From contig CP055308.1 of the NCBI GenBank assembly GCA_013374855.1, positions 16,358 through 80,357 of the forward strand: a stretch of 64,000 nucleotides of DNA. Reading direction: 5' to 3'. The position numbers and the translations under genes are program-made. The DNA is from Candidatus Woesebacteria bacterium. Lineage in GTDB: Bacteria; Patescibacteriota; Microgenomatia; UBA8517. Below are positions 19,328 through 27,676 of the stretch, piece by piece (position 1 is the stretch's first letter; every line of letters begins with the position of its first letter). The notes under the pieces are model-generated. The model was not told the DNA's origin and did no database searches. It saw only the letters and a list, made by a program, of their open reading frames with translations.

Positions 19328-20137
19328 ATGGGAAAAACAAAAACAGTATTTGTTACAGGTCAGGAAGAAGCCTTAAGCGGCGAGGAGAAATATAAATTAA
19401 GGCTAAAGAAAAAAGCAGAAAAAGAGGCAATAAAGAAAGCCAAAATAGAAGGAGTAGGACTAAAAGGTGGAGAAAGAATCAAGGTTGTAGCAAGCGAGGA
19501 GATTATAACGGCAGAGATTCCAAAAGAAGAAAAAGCAAAAAAAGAAATAAAAATAAAAAAAAGAGGCAAAAAATACATTTCCGCCAAACAAAAAATAGAC
19601 AAATCCAAAGAATACGAAATAAACGAGGCTATTAAGCTTGTTAAAGAAACATCTTATTCCTCATTTGACGGAACAATGGAAGCCCATTTTGTTGTCAAAA
19701 AACAAGGGCTGTCTGTATCTGTTACACTTCCCCATTCAACAGGGAAAACAAAAAAGATAGAAATAGCAAACGAGGAAACTATTAAAAAACTAGAAAAAGG
19801 AATTATAGACTTTGATGTTCTTTTAGCAACCCCTGATATGATGCCTAAGCTTTTGCCCTTTGCGAGACTTCTTGGTCCAAAAGGACTTCTCCCCAACCCA
19901 AAGGCAGGAACTCTAATTAAAGATAAAGAAGAAGCTAAAAACTTCTCAATCGATAAGATAAACATCAAAACAGAAAAAGAAGCCCCTTTAATTCATACTA
20001 TTTTCGGCAAAGTGAGTATGGATGATACAAAACTTGAGGAAAATCTCAAAAGTTTAATCGAGGCTGTTGGAGCAAGGCAAATAACAAAGCTTTTTATCAA
20101 ATCAACAATGAGTCCGTCGGTAAGAGTGAAAATTTAA
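19328..20137 (+). CDS. rplA: 50S ribosomal protein L1 with Lys/Glu-rich N-terminal extension
   Basis: 269 aa; L1 core from KSKEYEINEAIKLVKE… onward; preceded by about 75 aa of K/E-rich low-complexity sequence. Confidence 0.9.
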   Translation: MGKTKTVFVTGQEEALSGEEKYKLRLKKKAEKEAIKKAKIEGVGLKGGERIKVVASEEIITAEIPKEEKAKKEIKIKKRGKKYISAKQKIDKSKEYEINEAIKLVKETSYSSFDGTMEAHFVVKKQGLSVSVTLPHSTGKTKKIEIANEETIKKLEKGIIDFDVLLATPDMMPKLLPFARLLGPKGLLPNPKAGTLIKDKEEAKNFSIDKINIKTEKEAPLIHTIFGKVSMDDTKLEENLKSLIEAVGARQITKLFIKSTMSPSVRVKI

Positions 20138-20343
20138 TCTTCTCTACCTTTTCTTTCCCGTAAAGACTTTATTTTCTCCAAAAACTCTTGCTTTTGCTCA
20201 TCAGTCAAAAAAGGAAGACCAGCGATAAACTTAACAACTTTCGCCATCGAATCTTCTAAAAAATCAGGTGTTCTCTGCTTCAAAAAATCCCAACGAGATT
20301 CCACCACCACTAATTTATCATCCTTTTTATTTTCTTGCGTCAT
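20134..20343 (-). CDS. hypothetical small protein (69 aa)
   Basis: ORF only. Last gene of a three-gene minus-strand unit inserted between rplA and rplJ. Confidence 0.4.
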   Translation of the reverse strand: MTQENKKDDKLVVVESRWDFLKQRTPDFLEDSMAKVVKFIAGLPFLTDEQKQEFLEKIKSLRERKGRED

Positions 20344-20349
20344 TTTTTG

Positions 20350-21231
20350 TCAATTGGGCAAAAGACCAATTCTTTCCGCTTCTTTTTTAAACTGATCAAT
20401 CAAAATTTTTCTACCAGGATATCCCGGATGTATTATACCAAAAGCATTCCTCACAGGAGGGCTGTCAAAAGACGGCACACAAACAGCAAAAAAACGGCAA
20501 TAGTAATCAGGATAACGCTCTCTTGCCCCTTCAATCATTCTTTCTGCATCTTTCTTTGTAACGCTTCCTCCAAGATATTCTGTTTTTAGATCATTCGGAT
20601 GAACTTCATTTGCCACAACTTGCCCAGAACGATCTGTCTTAAGCTGAACCAGCCGCAAAACTTTCTTTCCCCCTTTTGTTTTTGTCCCAAAATCAAGGAC
20701 AGCATCAATAGCATACCGAGCATCCAGCTCTCCACCTACAATCATCTGGGCAAAATCCAACCTGCCAGCAAGATCTTGTTTTGATTCCGTAATCAGGCGC
20801 CAGAAAGTAAGATTGGAGATCGCCCCCGCTAAAGACCCCTCAACAAAACCCCTTCTATCCATTCCTAACACATTGACTACTGAATCCCTTCCTTCCCCAA
20901 ATAACGCCTCTCTCACCGGCTTTTCTAATTCTCTCAAAAAGTCTCTATTCTGACTTACAAGGAAAAGGTAATATGCCAAATCGCGTTGAAGATTGGCAAG
21001 TTCCGTGCAAATTTTAAGCATCTCTTTTCCTCTATTGTCTTTCAAAGACTCCAAAGATCGCAAATTTTTATTCCATCTATTTCTAAAATCCCCTTTTAAC
21101 CAATCAACTCCCTTTCTCAAAACTTCAAGAGTTAGCCCTTCACTTGAAACCGGAGCTTCCACCCAATGCGAAACAACTTCAGCAACTTGATCAACCATAA
21201 TTAGAAAAAATATACACCAAAAAAAACACAA
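20350..21231 (-). CDS. hypothetical protein (about 283-293 aa), no recognisable domain
   Basis: Long ORF with compositional coding character. Likely start at MVDQVAEV (21198). Possible D…(E/D)xK-like residues (GGELDARYAIDAVLD…VLRLVQLK), but not convincing. Confidence 0.55.
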   Translation of the reverse strand: MCFFWCIFFLIMVDQVAEVVSHWVEAPVSSEGLTLEVLRKGVDWLKGDFRNRWNKNLRSLESLKDNRGKEMLKICTELANLQRDLAYYLFLVSQNRDFLRELEKPVREALFGEGRDSVVNVLGMDRRGFVEGSLAGAISNLTFWRLITESKQDLAGRLDFAQMIVGGELDARYAIDAVLDFGTKTKGGKKVLRLVQLKTDRSGQVVANEVHPNDLKTEYLGGSVTKKDAERMIEGARERYPDYYCRFFAVCVPSFDSPPVRNAFGIIHPGYPGRKILIDQFKKEAERIGLLPN

Positions 21232-21286
21232 AAAACAAAATTTTACTTTGGCGTAATACTCTTAGTTGTTTTAAAAGAAGCTTAAA

Positions 21287-21616
21287 TTAATCTTTAATCT
21301 CACCAACTTTGTATTTGATGCTAGTTTGTGAAGGCTTAATTCCTGCTTTTATTTCTTGATAATATCTTTCAAGCAGATTCTGAACACTCCCTGGGTCCTT
21401 GGGGTTATATCCATAGTCAGAAGTTAAATATGTGATGGAACTTGCCCTATCTATTATTACAACCAATAATCCATTACCCGATTTTGTTAATTTGCGAAAA
21501 ACTTGCGGATCAACAAATTTTCTCATTCTCTCCTCAAGCCTGCCCACTCCATCTCTACCTTCTATGTAATCCACAACTGCAGAATTCACCTCTTTTATAA
21601 TTTCATTCAATTTCAT
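21287..21616 (-). CDS. hypothetical protein (109 aa)
   Basis: ORF with alternating hydrophobic core (GLLVVIIDRASSITYL). Faint resemblance to small alpha/beta regulatory folds; unassigned. Confidence 0.5.
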   Translation of the reverse strand: MKLNEIIKEVNSAVVDYIEGRDGVGRLEERMRKFVDPQVFRKLTKSGNGLLVVIIDRASSITYLTSDYGYNPKDPGSVQNLLERYYQEIKAGIKPSQTSIKYKVGEIKD

Positions 21617-21652
21617 AACAATCTAAATTATAACAATTACACAAAAGTAATT

Positions 21653-21709
21653 GTGTAGGGTACACAACCTACTTGAAACCGAGAAACATCTCTATTGTGT
21701 ACCCTACAC
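21653..21709. repeat. perfect 15-bp inverted repeat (stem GTGTAGGGTACACAA) with 27-nt loop
   Basis: Read directly: GTGTAGGGTACACAA-N27-TTGTGTACCCTACAC. Each arm is itself internally palindromic (GTGTA-GGG-TACAC). Confidence 0.8.
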
Positions 21710-21737
21710 TTTAACACACGCAAGAGCTAAAAACAAC

Positions 21738-21959
21738 TCACTTAACATCCCAGCTTTCGGTGTGATAGTTGTAGTGAATTTCGGTGTCTCCCAACCGCTG
21801 GCCATAATGGTAATCAGTCACATTCCCTTCACGATCCACATTGTAGCTTTCTCAGTGAGTAATCCCGTCCCCTTCGGTCCACCAATATGTCCAGTGCTGA
21901 GTTCCATCAGGATTGTTTCTCACCGACTGTCCACTCTTCACATCACCAGGTCCTGACAT
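21738..21959 (-). pseudogene. degenerate copy of the small YD-motif ORF found intact at 52897-53175; interrupted by an in-frame TGA
   Basis: Minus-strand frame reads MSGPGDVKSGQSVRNNPDGTQHWTYWWTEGDGITH*ESYNVDREGNVTDYHYGQRLGDTEIHYNYHTESWDVK*. It lies immediately downstream of the same about 300-nt repeat that precedes the intact 92-aa ORF. Confidence 0.45.
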
Positions 21960-22295
21960 CTCACACTCTCCTTCTGCTGACTATCAGCAGTTACTAAAGG
22001 ACAGATACAGTGATTTTGCTTAGGCTTTGTAAGACTTTTCTTCTTTGGAAATTTTCTTCTCTTCAGTGACCTCTTGTTTTTTAGCTTATCTTCCTCTCGC
22101 TTTTGAGAGTTAGCCCAAGAGAATATAGTTTGAAGAGAAAGAATCACCCCTTGAAGAAGAAGTCCTTACACCCCAAGCCTGTTAAAGTGCGACAAGCTCT
22201 TGCGTGCTTTGACGGGGATGATATCAGAAGAAGAAGAAGAAAAAGTCAAGACCTTGCAATCCTAACTTTGGATCTTGACTTTGGCAACCGCAAAA
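21960..22295. repeat. copy 1 of an about 300-bp repeated element (about 75% identical to 53180-53454)
   Basis: Aligned by eye: …ctgactatcagcag…ttttgcttagg…cagtgacc…cccaagagaatatagtttgaagagaaaga…cttgaagaagaag…caagcctgt…gatatcagaagaagaag…gtcaagac… is shared in the same order and orientation. Confidence 0.8.
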
Positions 22296-22389
22296 ACATA
22301 TAATAGCCTGTTCCCTAAGAAAGTGTGTATTTGGGTCAACCCAAAGTAAATCGCACCGAGGGCAAAAATAAAATTACCTAAAGTTTGTT

Positions 22390-22418
22390 TTTGCGCCTTG
22401 GTGAGGCGCTTTTTTATT
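22390..22418 (+). terminator. terminator/attenuator-like hairpin in the rplJ leader
   Basis: GCGCC-TTGGTGA-GGCGC followed by TTTTTTATT. A 21-bp DNA palindrome GGACAGGGTCCGACCCTGTCC follows at 22426-22446, 12 nt before the rplJ start. Confidence 0.4.
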
Positions 22419-22457
22419 GTAACGGACAGGGTCCGACCCTGTCCAGGAAACAAGAGT

Positions 22458-22979
22458 ATGAAAAAAGCAGAAAAACCATTATTTGTAGAAAACTTAAAAG
22501 AAGAGTTAAAGGCAGCCACCGCCGTGGTTCTGGTTGACTTTCAGGGTCTTTCTGTAAAACTTCAGCAAGAACTTAAAAAAAGACTAAAAACTCAAGGCGC
22601 CAGACTCACCGTTGTCAAGAATACCCTTTTTAAGATAGCATCTGAAAAGGCTGATATGCCGGAAAATTTGCGCTCGGACTCTGTTCTCTCAGGACCTACT
22701 GCCCTTGTGATAACAGAAGGTGATCCAATTGCTCCTCTTCAAATACTTGCAAAATTTGCAAGCGAATTTGAAATTCCAAAATTTAAAGTTGGTGTTGTAG
22801 AAGGAAAATTCCAAGACAAAGAAAATTTGATTTCACTCTCAAAACTTCCCTCAAAAAATGTCCTCTTGGGACAAACAATTGGATCTATATCCTCCCCACT
22901 ATACGGGATAATATTTGCACTTCAATCTAATTTACAAAAGCTAGTTTTTATATTGAAAACCAAATCTGAAAGCAATTGA
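22458..22979 (+). CDS. rplJ: 50S ribosomal protein L10
   Basis: Start at MKKAEKPLFVENLKEELK (the ORF-track start at 22398 would read through the leader); L10 family similarity. Confidence 0.9.
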   Translation: MKKAEKPLFVENLKEELKAATAVVLVDFQGLSVKLQQELKKRLKTQGARLTVVKNTLFKIASEKADMPENLRSDSVLSGPTALVITEGDPIAPLQILAKFASEFEIPKFKVGVVEGKFQDKENLISLSKLPSKNVLLGQTIGSISSPLYGIIFALQSNLQKLVFILKTKSESN

Positions 22980-22994
22980 AAGGGGGTGTAAAAA

Positions 22995-23408
22995 ATGGCA
23001 GACGAAAAATTATCCAAAAATGTCGAAGAATTAGTAGAAAAGATAAGTTCTCTTTCTGTTCTTGAACTTGCTGAACTTACAAAAGCATTGCAGGAAAAAC
23101 TTGGAGTTTCTGCAGTTCCTGTTGCTGCCGCTCCTGCTGCGGCAACGCCTGCAGCTGAAGGACAGCAAGAAGCAGCGTCTCAAGAAGGAGGTTCTGGAAC
23201 ACAAACTTTGGTTATGACAAACGCAGGAGCAAACAAAATAAATGTGATCAAGGCACTTCGAGAGATAAACCAAAACCTAACTTTAATGGACGCAAAAGCA
23301 ATGACAGAAAATGTTCCTGCTGAAATCTTAAAAGACGCAAAAGCAGAAGATGTAAAAGCTGCAGCAGAAAAACTCAAGGCAGCAGGCGCAACAGTAGAAA
23401 TAAAATAA
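22995..23408 (+). CDS. rplL: 50S ribosomal protein L7/L12
   Basis: 137 aa; Ala/Pro-rich hinge then the conserved C-terminal domain (…EKLKAAGATVEIK). Confidence 0.95.
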   Translation: MADEKLSKNVEELVEKISSLSVLELAELTKALQEKLGVSAVPVAAAPAAATPAAEGQQEAASQEGGSGTQTLVMTNAGANKINVIKALREINQNLTLMDAKAMTENVPAEILKDAKAEDVKAAAEKLKAAGATVEIK

Positions 23409-23424
23409 AAAATCTAAAACTTTT

Positions 23425-23462
23425 CAAAAACCCCATGTTTTAAACATGGGGTTTTCTTTTGA
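23425..23462. terminator. bidirectional rho-independent terminator between convergent rplL and the NodB-family gene
   Basis: AAAACCCCATGTTT-TAA-ACATGGGGTTTT stem with A-run before and T-run after. Confidence 0.75.
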
Positions 23463-23474
23463 AGAAGAAAACAC

Positions 23475-24284
23475 TTAATCAATAATTAATTTATTGGAAA
23501 TTGATTTGTTTTTCTCATTTTCTTCTTTAAGAAGAATCAAAGAGTTAATGTCTGTGGCATTTAACTTTATACCAGGTTCTGACAACAACCATCTTAAGTA
23601 TTCAAGATCAGTTTTACGAACATGGTACAAAACTATGTCGCCAGGTCTAACCTTATGACCTTGTCTAAAATTTTCAGGAGTAGGAGTAATAGACCAACCA
23701 CAAGGTATCAACCCCTTTATTCTACAAAAAGACAAAAATTGAGGGGAAAAATACCCACCAACAGCCCTAGCAAGACCAGAGAAAGATTTTTCTAAATTCT
23801 TCTCGCCCATAACTGAGACTAAAGAACGCTTCCATAAATCAAAATCTTCGATATATTCTCTCGTTGATAGATAAGGTGATTCATCATTATGATACATCGT
23901 ATGGTAACCAATTTTGTGACCTTCATTTGCCACCCTTTGCCAAATACCAGGCATTTTATTCTCTAAGTTTAAGACAGCAACACCAACGGGAAAAAAATCC
24001 ACACGTACTTCTTTCTCATCTAGAACATCAAGCATTTCTTTAAAAACATCGGGCAACCAACAATCATCAATAGTCAAGGCATAAAAAGGACTATTAATCT
24101 CCACCCTTCTAAAAATAACTACTTCGTTTTCATCTTCATTTATAGAAATTTTATCTGCCAAACGTAATAGAGGAAGACAAATTGCTAATTTTAAAAAATC
24201 TCTTCTAGTAATAGAATTCTCTTCTTTATCTATCTCCTTCATATATAAGTATATTCTACCATAAATAACTACAGGATTAAACAA
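23475..24284 (-). CDS. polysaccharide deacetylase (NodB-family) with Tat-type signal peptide
   Basis: TIDDCW and HTMYHN NodB-type motifs; N-terminal RRDFLKL twin-arginine motif plus hydrophobic stretch. Confidence 0.7.
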   Translation of the reverse strand: MFNPVVIYGRIYLYMKEIDKEENSITRRDFLKLAICLPLLRLADKISINEDENEVVIFRRVEINSPFYALTIDDCWLPDVFKEMLDVLDEKEVRVDFFPVGVAVLNLENKMPGIWQRVANEGHKIGYHTMYHNDESPYLSTREYIEDFDLWKRSLVSVMGEKNLEKSFSGLARAVGGYFSPQFLSFCRIKGLIPCGWSITPTPENFRQGHKVRPGDIVLYHVRKTDLEYLRWLLSEPGIKLNATDINSLILLKEENEKNKSISNKLIID

Positions 24285-24371
24285 AAGAATTAGATTTAAA
24301 AAAACAAGGGCAACTCTAATAACAATTGTTTTTTTGCATATCCCAATTGAGTATAATTATAATTATCCAAA

Positions 24372-24446
24372 CGGGGTGTAGGTCATCGGTAGACCACTTG
24401 TTTCGGGTACAAGAGGCAGTGGGTTCAATTCCCACCACCCCGACCA
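24372..24446 (+). tRNA. tRNA-Pro (anticodon CGG), CCA encoded
   Basis: Acceptor CGGGGTG/CACCCCG, anticodon arm CTTGT-TTCGGGT-ACAAG, T arm GTGGG-TTCAATT-CCCAC, 3' ACCA. Confidence 0.85.
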
Positions 24447-24506
24447 AGATAAAAGTCTATCTCACGAATATTTATTTCCAATATAGCAATTAGCCATCCT
24501 GTTTCA

Positions 24507-24521
24507 ATGTATTAATACATC
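24507..24521. promoter_or_regulatory. palindromic motif ATGTATTAATACATC (copy 1 of 2)
   Basis: The same 15-mer is embedded in a 30-bp perfect palindrome at 28756-28785. Both lie 60-330 bp 3' of a tRNA gene and downstream of a minus-strand gene. Confidence 0.5.
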
Positions 24522-24577
24522 AAAACAAGAATGCAAAATAAAGATAAGCAAGTGTAAAAAAGATAAATAACAATAAA

Positions 24578-25534
24578 CTAGGATTTATATTCAGACACAA
24601 AAACCTCCCTAAAAGTCTCTCCATTTTGCAAAGAAAGCTCCCTCTGAAAAAAATAATTACCATCCATATCTCTTCTAACAGAAGTAAGGCTAACTCTATA
24701 TCCTTCCACTTCCCCAGAAAAAGCTGCTCTTACAAATATCTTTCTATTACCAAGAGTGTCTTCAGGAAAGTACTGACTAGGCAAACCTGCCCCTTTTTCT
24801 TCTAATTCACGACGCAAAATTCTAACTAAATGTTCAAGATAAACAGCTTTATAAGAAAAAAGTGAAAGTTCTCTACCAGGTGGCAAAATTATTTCGCCAA
24901 AAGGATCAACTACAGAAAAATGCAAAAATACTGGCTTATCAGTAGGATTTAAAAATTTCAAATCAAACTGTGGCAAATTATCACCCGGATCAGGATAAAA
25001 AATAGCAGCGTCTGTACCAAGAGGATACTCAGGGTCCCTAAAATATTCAGGATAAATATCAAAATGAGTATGCCTTTCCAAAACAAGAAGAGGAGATCTT
25101 AAAAATGCCCTAAAAATAGCAGTTGAAGCAAGACACAAACCATAACCCCAACCATCAAGCTTTGTTGGGTCAGACATCTGAGCAGCCACATAGCCAAGAT
25201 TTGGGTCAGTATTTTCCCTTGAAACATTAGACATCTCTTTAAAACGAAGAGCCTGATTCAGTGAAAATTCTTTACCCGGATCTATCCTAAGACCACCAAT
25301 AAACTTAGAAGCTATAGCTAAATTAACCCAAACCCAAGGCCTTGCCCGCCAACCGATCATATATTCAGATAAACAATTAGGTATTTTTTCTAAATTTGGC
25401 TCTATACTATCCAAAACTTCTCCTAAAAGTGAATTGCTTAAAGATGCCAAAGTAAAAGCTCCAGACCCAAAGCCCATAAGTTTTAAAAACTCTCGTCTGC
25501 TTAACCTTATCTTTTCTTCAGATTGGTTATACAT
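24578..25534 (-). CDS. Tat-signal secreted protein with papain/C39-like Cys-His signature
   Basis: N-terminal SRREFLKLMGFGSGAF twin-arginine signal. GYGLCLASTAIFRAFL resembles the C39-like catalytic Cys helix, with His further on (ERHTHFD). Confidence 0.5.
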   Translation of the reverse strand: MYNQSEEKIRLSRREFLKLMGFGSGAFTLASLSNSLLGEVLDSIEPNLEKIPNCLSEYMIGWRARPWVWVNLAIASKFIGGLRIDPGKEFSLNQALRFKEMSNVSRENTDPNLGYVAAQMSDPTKLDGWGYGLCLASTAIFRAFLRSPLLVLERHTHFDIYPEYFRDPEYPLGTDAAIFYPDPGDNLPQFDLKFLNPTDKPVFLHFSVVDPFGEIILPPGRELSLFSYKAVYLEHLVRILRRELEEKGAGLPSQYFPEDTLGNRKIFVRAAFSGEVEGYRVSLTSVRRDMDGNYFFQRELSLQNGETFREVFVSEYKS

Positions 25535-25766
25535 CTAAATAAAATAAGTCAATTATATTAGAAATTAAGCAACTTTTAAAACAATATTCCAACTTTAATT
25601 AATAAATTTACAAGCTACTAGATAATTCCAAAAACATTTTTTGAATCCATTAATTTTTCTATGCATAGAATAAAAAATCTCTAACTTTACCTTTCATTTC
25701 CCCTTTAAGTAATAATTAAATTTTGCTAAAATTTAACTGCTTATATAAGAAAGGAGGCGATTAGTT

Positions 25767-25967
25767 GTGGTTGTTGTTAAAAAACAAAAAGGAGAATCTG
25801 AAGATAAGCTCATCAACCGATTCAAAAAAAAGGTTTTAGATGAGGGAATTGTTATTGAAGCAAGGGAAAGAAAAGAATACAAACCCAAATCCCAAGTAAG
25901 GAAAGAAAAAAAATACCGCCTCAAGTTTCTAGATGAGCTTGCAAGAAAAAGAGCAAAAAGAGGCTGA
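25767..25967 (+). CDS. rpsU: 30S ribosomal protein S21 (GTG start)
   Basis: 66 aa, highly basic; …LINRFKKKVLDEGIVIEARERKEYKPKS…RLKFLDELARKRAKRG; SD GGAGG 9 nt upstream. Confidence 0.85.
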   Translation: MVVVKKQKGESEDKLINRFKKKVLDEGIVIEARERKEYKPKSQVRKEKKYRLKFLDELARKRAKRG

Positions 25968-26271
25968 AAGGGTTTAGAATATACCCAGCCGGGACAGGAG
26001 ACATTCAAAAAAGATTCAAAAGTCAAAAGCACAAGTTAAAATCTGAAAGCTTTCATTAAAGCTTTGATTTCAAGCCTTAAATCAACTTTTTTTCTATCGC
26101 GATTTCTTTATTACATTTTTCCAATCAAGATAAAAAGGTAATTTTTTGTATCTTTTTTCTTCATTCTGTTAAATCTACAATCTAGATTCTACAGTCTGCA
26201 TCCTATAATTATATTCACTCCATGCAGACCTCCCCAATTTTAAAATGCGACCCTCAAATCCCCCACCTTTT

Positions 26272-26997
26272 TTACCTAATTAATATCGAATCAACAAACA
26301 AGCTTCTATGAAGTCTGGTTTTTCCATATTTTTTCAGAGCTTCTATATGATCTTTTGTGCCATAACCTTTGTTTTTTGACCAATTATATTTTTTATAGGC
26401 CCTATTTTTGAACAATCTATCCATTAATCTATCACGATAAACTTTGCAAACAATAGACGCTGCGGAAATTGAAAAAGATTTTTCATCTCCCCGGACAATA
26501 GCCAGCTGATTTGCTGATATTTTTTTGTTTTTAGATCCTCTGTTTGCTTTTCTGTCTTTTTTTGAAGGCATAGGCAAATTTGCAACGTAAGGGATATAAA
26601 ATGCATCAACGAGTATAAAATTTACTCTCTTATTCATTCTCCTTTCAGCATCTCTTATCGACCGACGAAAAGCCGAAAAAGTTGCCTTAGCTATACCAAG
26701 TTTGTTAATTTCCGCAACGCTTGCAACACCCACTCCCCAAGAGAGTGCATTCTTCTTTATCCAGTTAGAAGCTTTCTCTCTCTGAAGACAAGTTAACTTC
26801 TTTGAATCATTAATTTTAATTTTTTCATTTTCAACTTTGGTCAAAATTTCCTTCCACTTTCCTTTCTCAAAACAAACAGCACCACAAACCAAAGGTCCAG
26901 CCAAAGCGCCCCGACCCGCCTCATCAAGACCCAAAACAACATCAAAGCCCTTTCTCCAAACTTTCTTCTCATAATAAAAGTTAGGAAGTTTTCTCAC
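26272..26997 (-). CDS. rnhB: ribonuclease HII with C-terminal extension
   Basis: 241 aa; catalytic N-terminus VLGLDEAGRGALAGPLVCGAV. Confidence 0.9.
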   Translation of the reverse strand: MRKLPNFYYEKKVWRKGFDVVLGLDEAGRGALAGPLVCGAVCFEKGKWKEILTKVENEKIKINDSKKLTCLQREKASNWIKKNALSWGVGVASVAEINKLGIAKATFSAFRRSIRDAERRMNKRVNFILVDAFYIPYVANLPMPSKKDRKANRGSKNKKISANQLAIVRGDEKSFSISAASIVCKVYRDRLMDRLFKNRAYKKYNWSKNKGYGTKDHIEALKKYGKTRLHRSLFVDSILIR

Positions 26998-27437
26998 TTT
27001 GTTTTCGGCTTTTCTCCGTAGGCTATATCGGCAAGACCATCAATTGCCTGTTTTACCGCTTTCAATAGAAAACCTTTATCTTCATTACTTATCCCTTTTG
27101 CACCAAATACATCAAATAGAGTTTCAGAAATACCTTCTAATCTTCTTTCAACTCTTCTGTCACCCACCAATACCCTTAAAGAATCCGAAGGTTTCCCTTC
27201 AGCAATGGTATCAGGATCCCAAGTTTCAATAAATCCTACCATGTTTGGATATTGCTCTTTAAGCTCAAAAGCCACCCATGCCGCAACATTTCTCAAGTGA
27301 CCCAAATATTCAGGAGAAAATCGCAAGGAAGTCTCTTTCTTAACCTCACCAACTGGCGAAAATTGTCCACTTTCAGTTCTTCTCGCTAATACAAAACCAC
27401 CTCCCGCAATTTGCAAAAGAAACAGTCTCTCTCCCAT
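26994..27437 (-). CDS. hypothetical protein (147 aa)
   Basis: ORF, start overlapped by the rnhB stop (4-nt overlap); no recognisable domain. Confidence 0.5.
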   Translation of the reverse strand: MGERLFLLQIAGGGFVLARRTESGQFSPVGEVKKETSLRFSPEYLGHLRNVAAWVAFELKEQYPNMVGFIETWDPDTIAEGKPSDSLRVLVGDRRVERRLEGISETLFDVFGAKGISNEDKGFLLKAVKQAIDGLADIAYGEKPKTK

Positions 27438-27451
27438 AATATGATTATATA

Positions 27452-27676
27452 TTGCCTATGCAAATATTTTTTGTTAAAATCAGCGCTAGCGTGTCAAAAA
27501 TAATAAACTATTTAAAAGAAGTCCGTCTTGAACTTTCCAAAGTTACTTGGCCCAAAAAGGAAGAAACAATAAAACTGACTTTGACAGTTGTTGTTTTTTC
27601 AGCTATAGTAGCAGGATATGTAGGGCTTCTGGACTTTGCTTTTACCAGCATTTTAACTAAAATCCTAACAAGATGA
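27452..27676 (+). CDS. secE: preprotein translocase subunit SecE
   Basis: 74 aa; EVRLELSKVTWPKKEETIKLTLTVVVFSAIVAGYV matches the SecE cytoplasmic segment plus single TM; 4-nt overlap with nusG. Confidence 0.85.
   Translation: MPMQIFFVKISASVSKIINYLKEVRLELSKVTWPKKEETIKLTLTVVVFSAIVAGYVGLLDFAFTSILTKILTR

Noticed and set aside
18819-19968. Minus-strand ORFs of 66-104 aa (18819-19019, 18937-19173, 19023-19313, 19360-19608, 19654-19968) antisense to rplK/rplA
   Set aside because: They are embedded opposite highly conserved ribosomal-protein genes, have no RBS or domain signal, and are typical antisense shadow ORFs of AT-rich coding sequence. The same applies to the many short antisense ORFs elsewhere in the track.
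21738-21959. Alternative genetic code with UGA read as a sense codon (as in some CPR lineages), which would make the interrupted small ORF intact
   Set aside because: TGA terminates clearly conserved genes here, for example fmt ending …LLDY-TGA, and proteins do not run on past expected ends. Standard code 11 applies, so the in-frame TGA is a genuine disruption.
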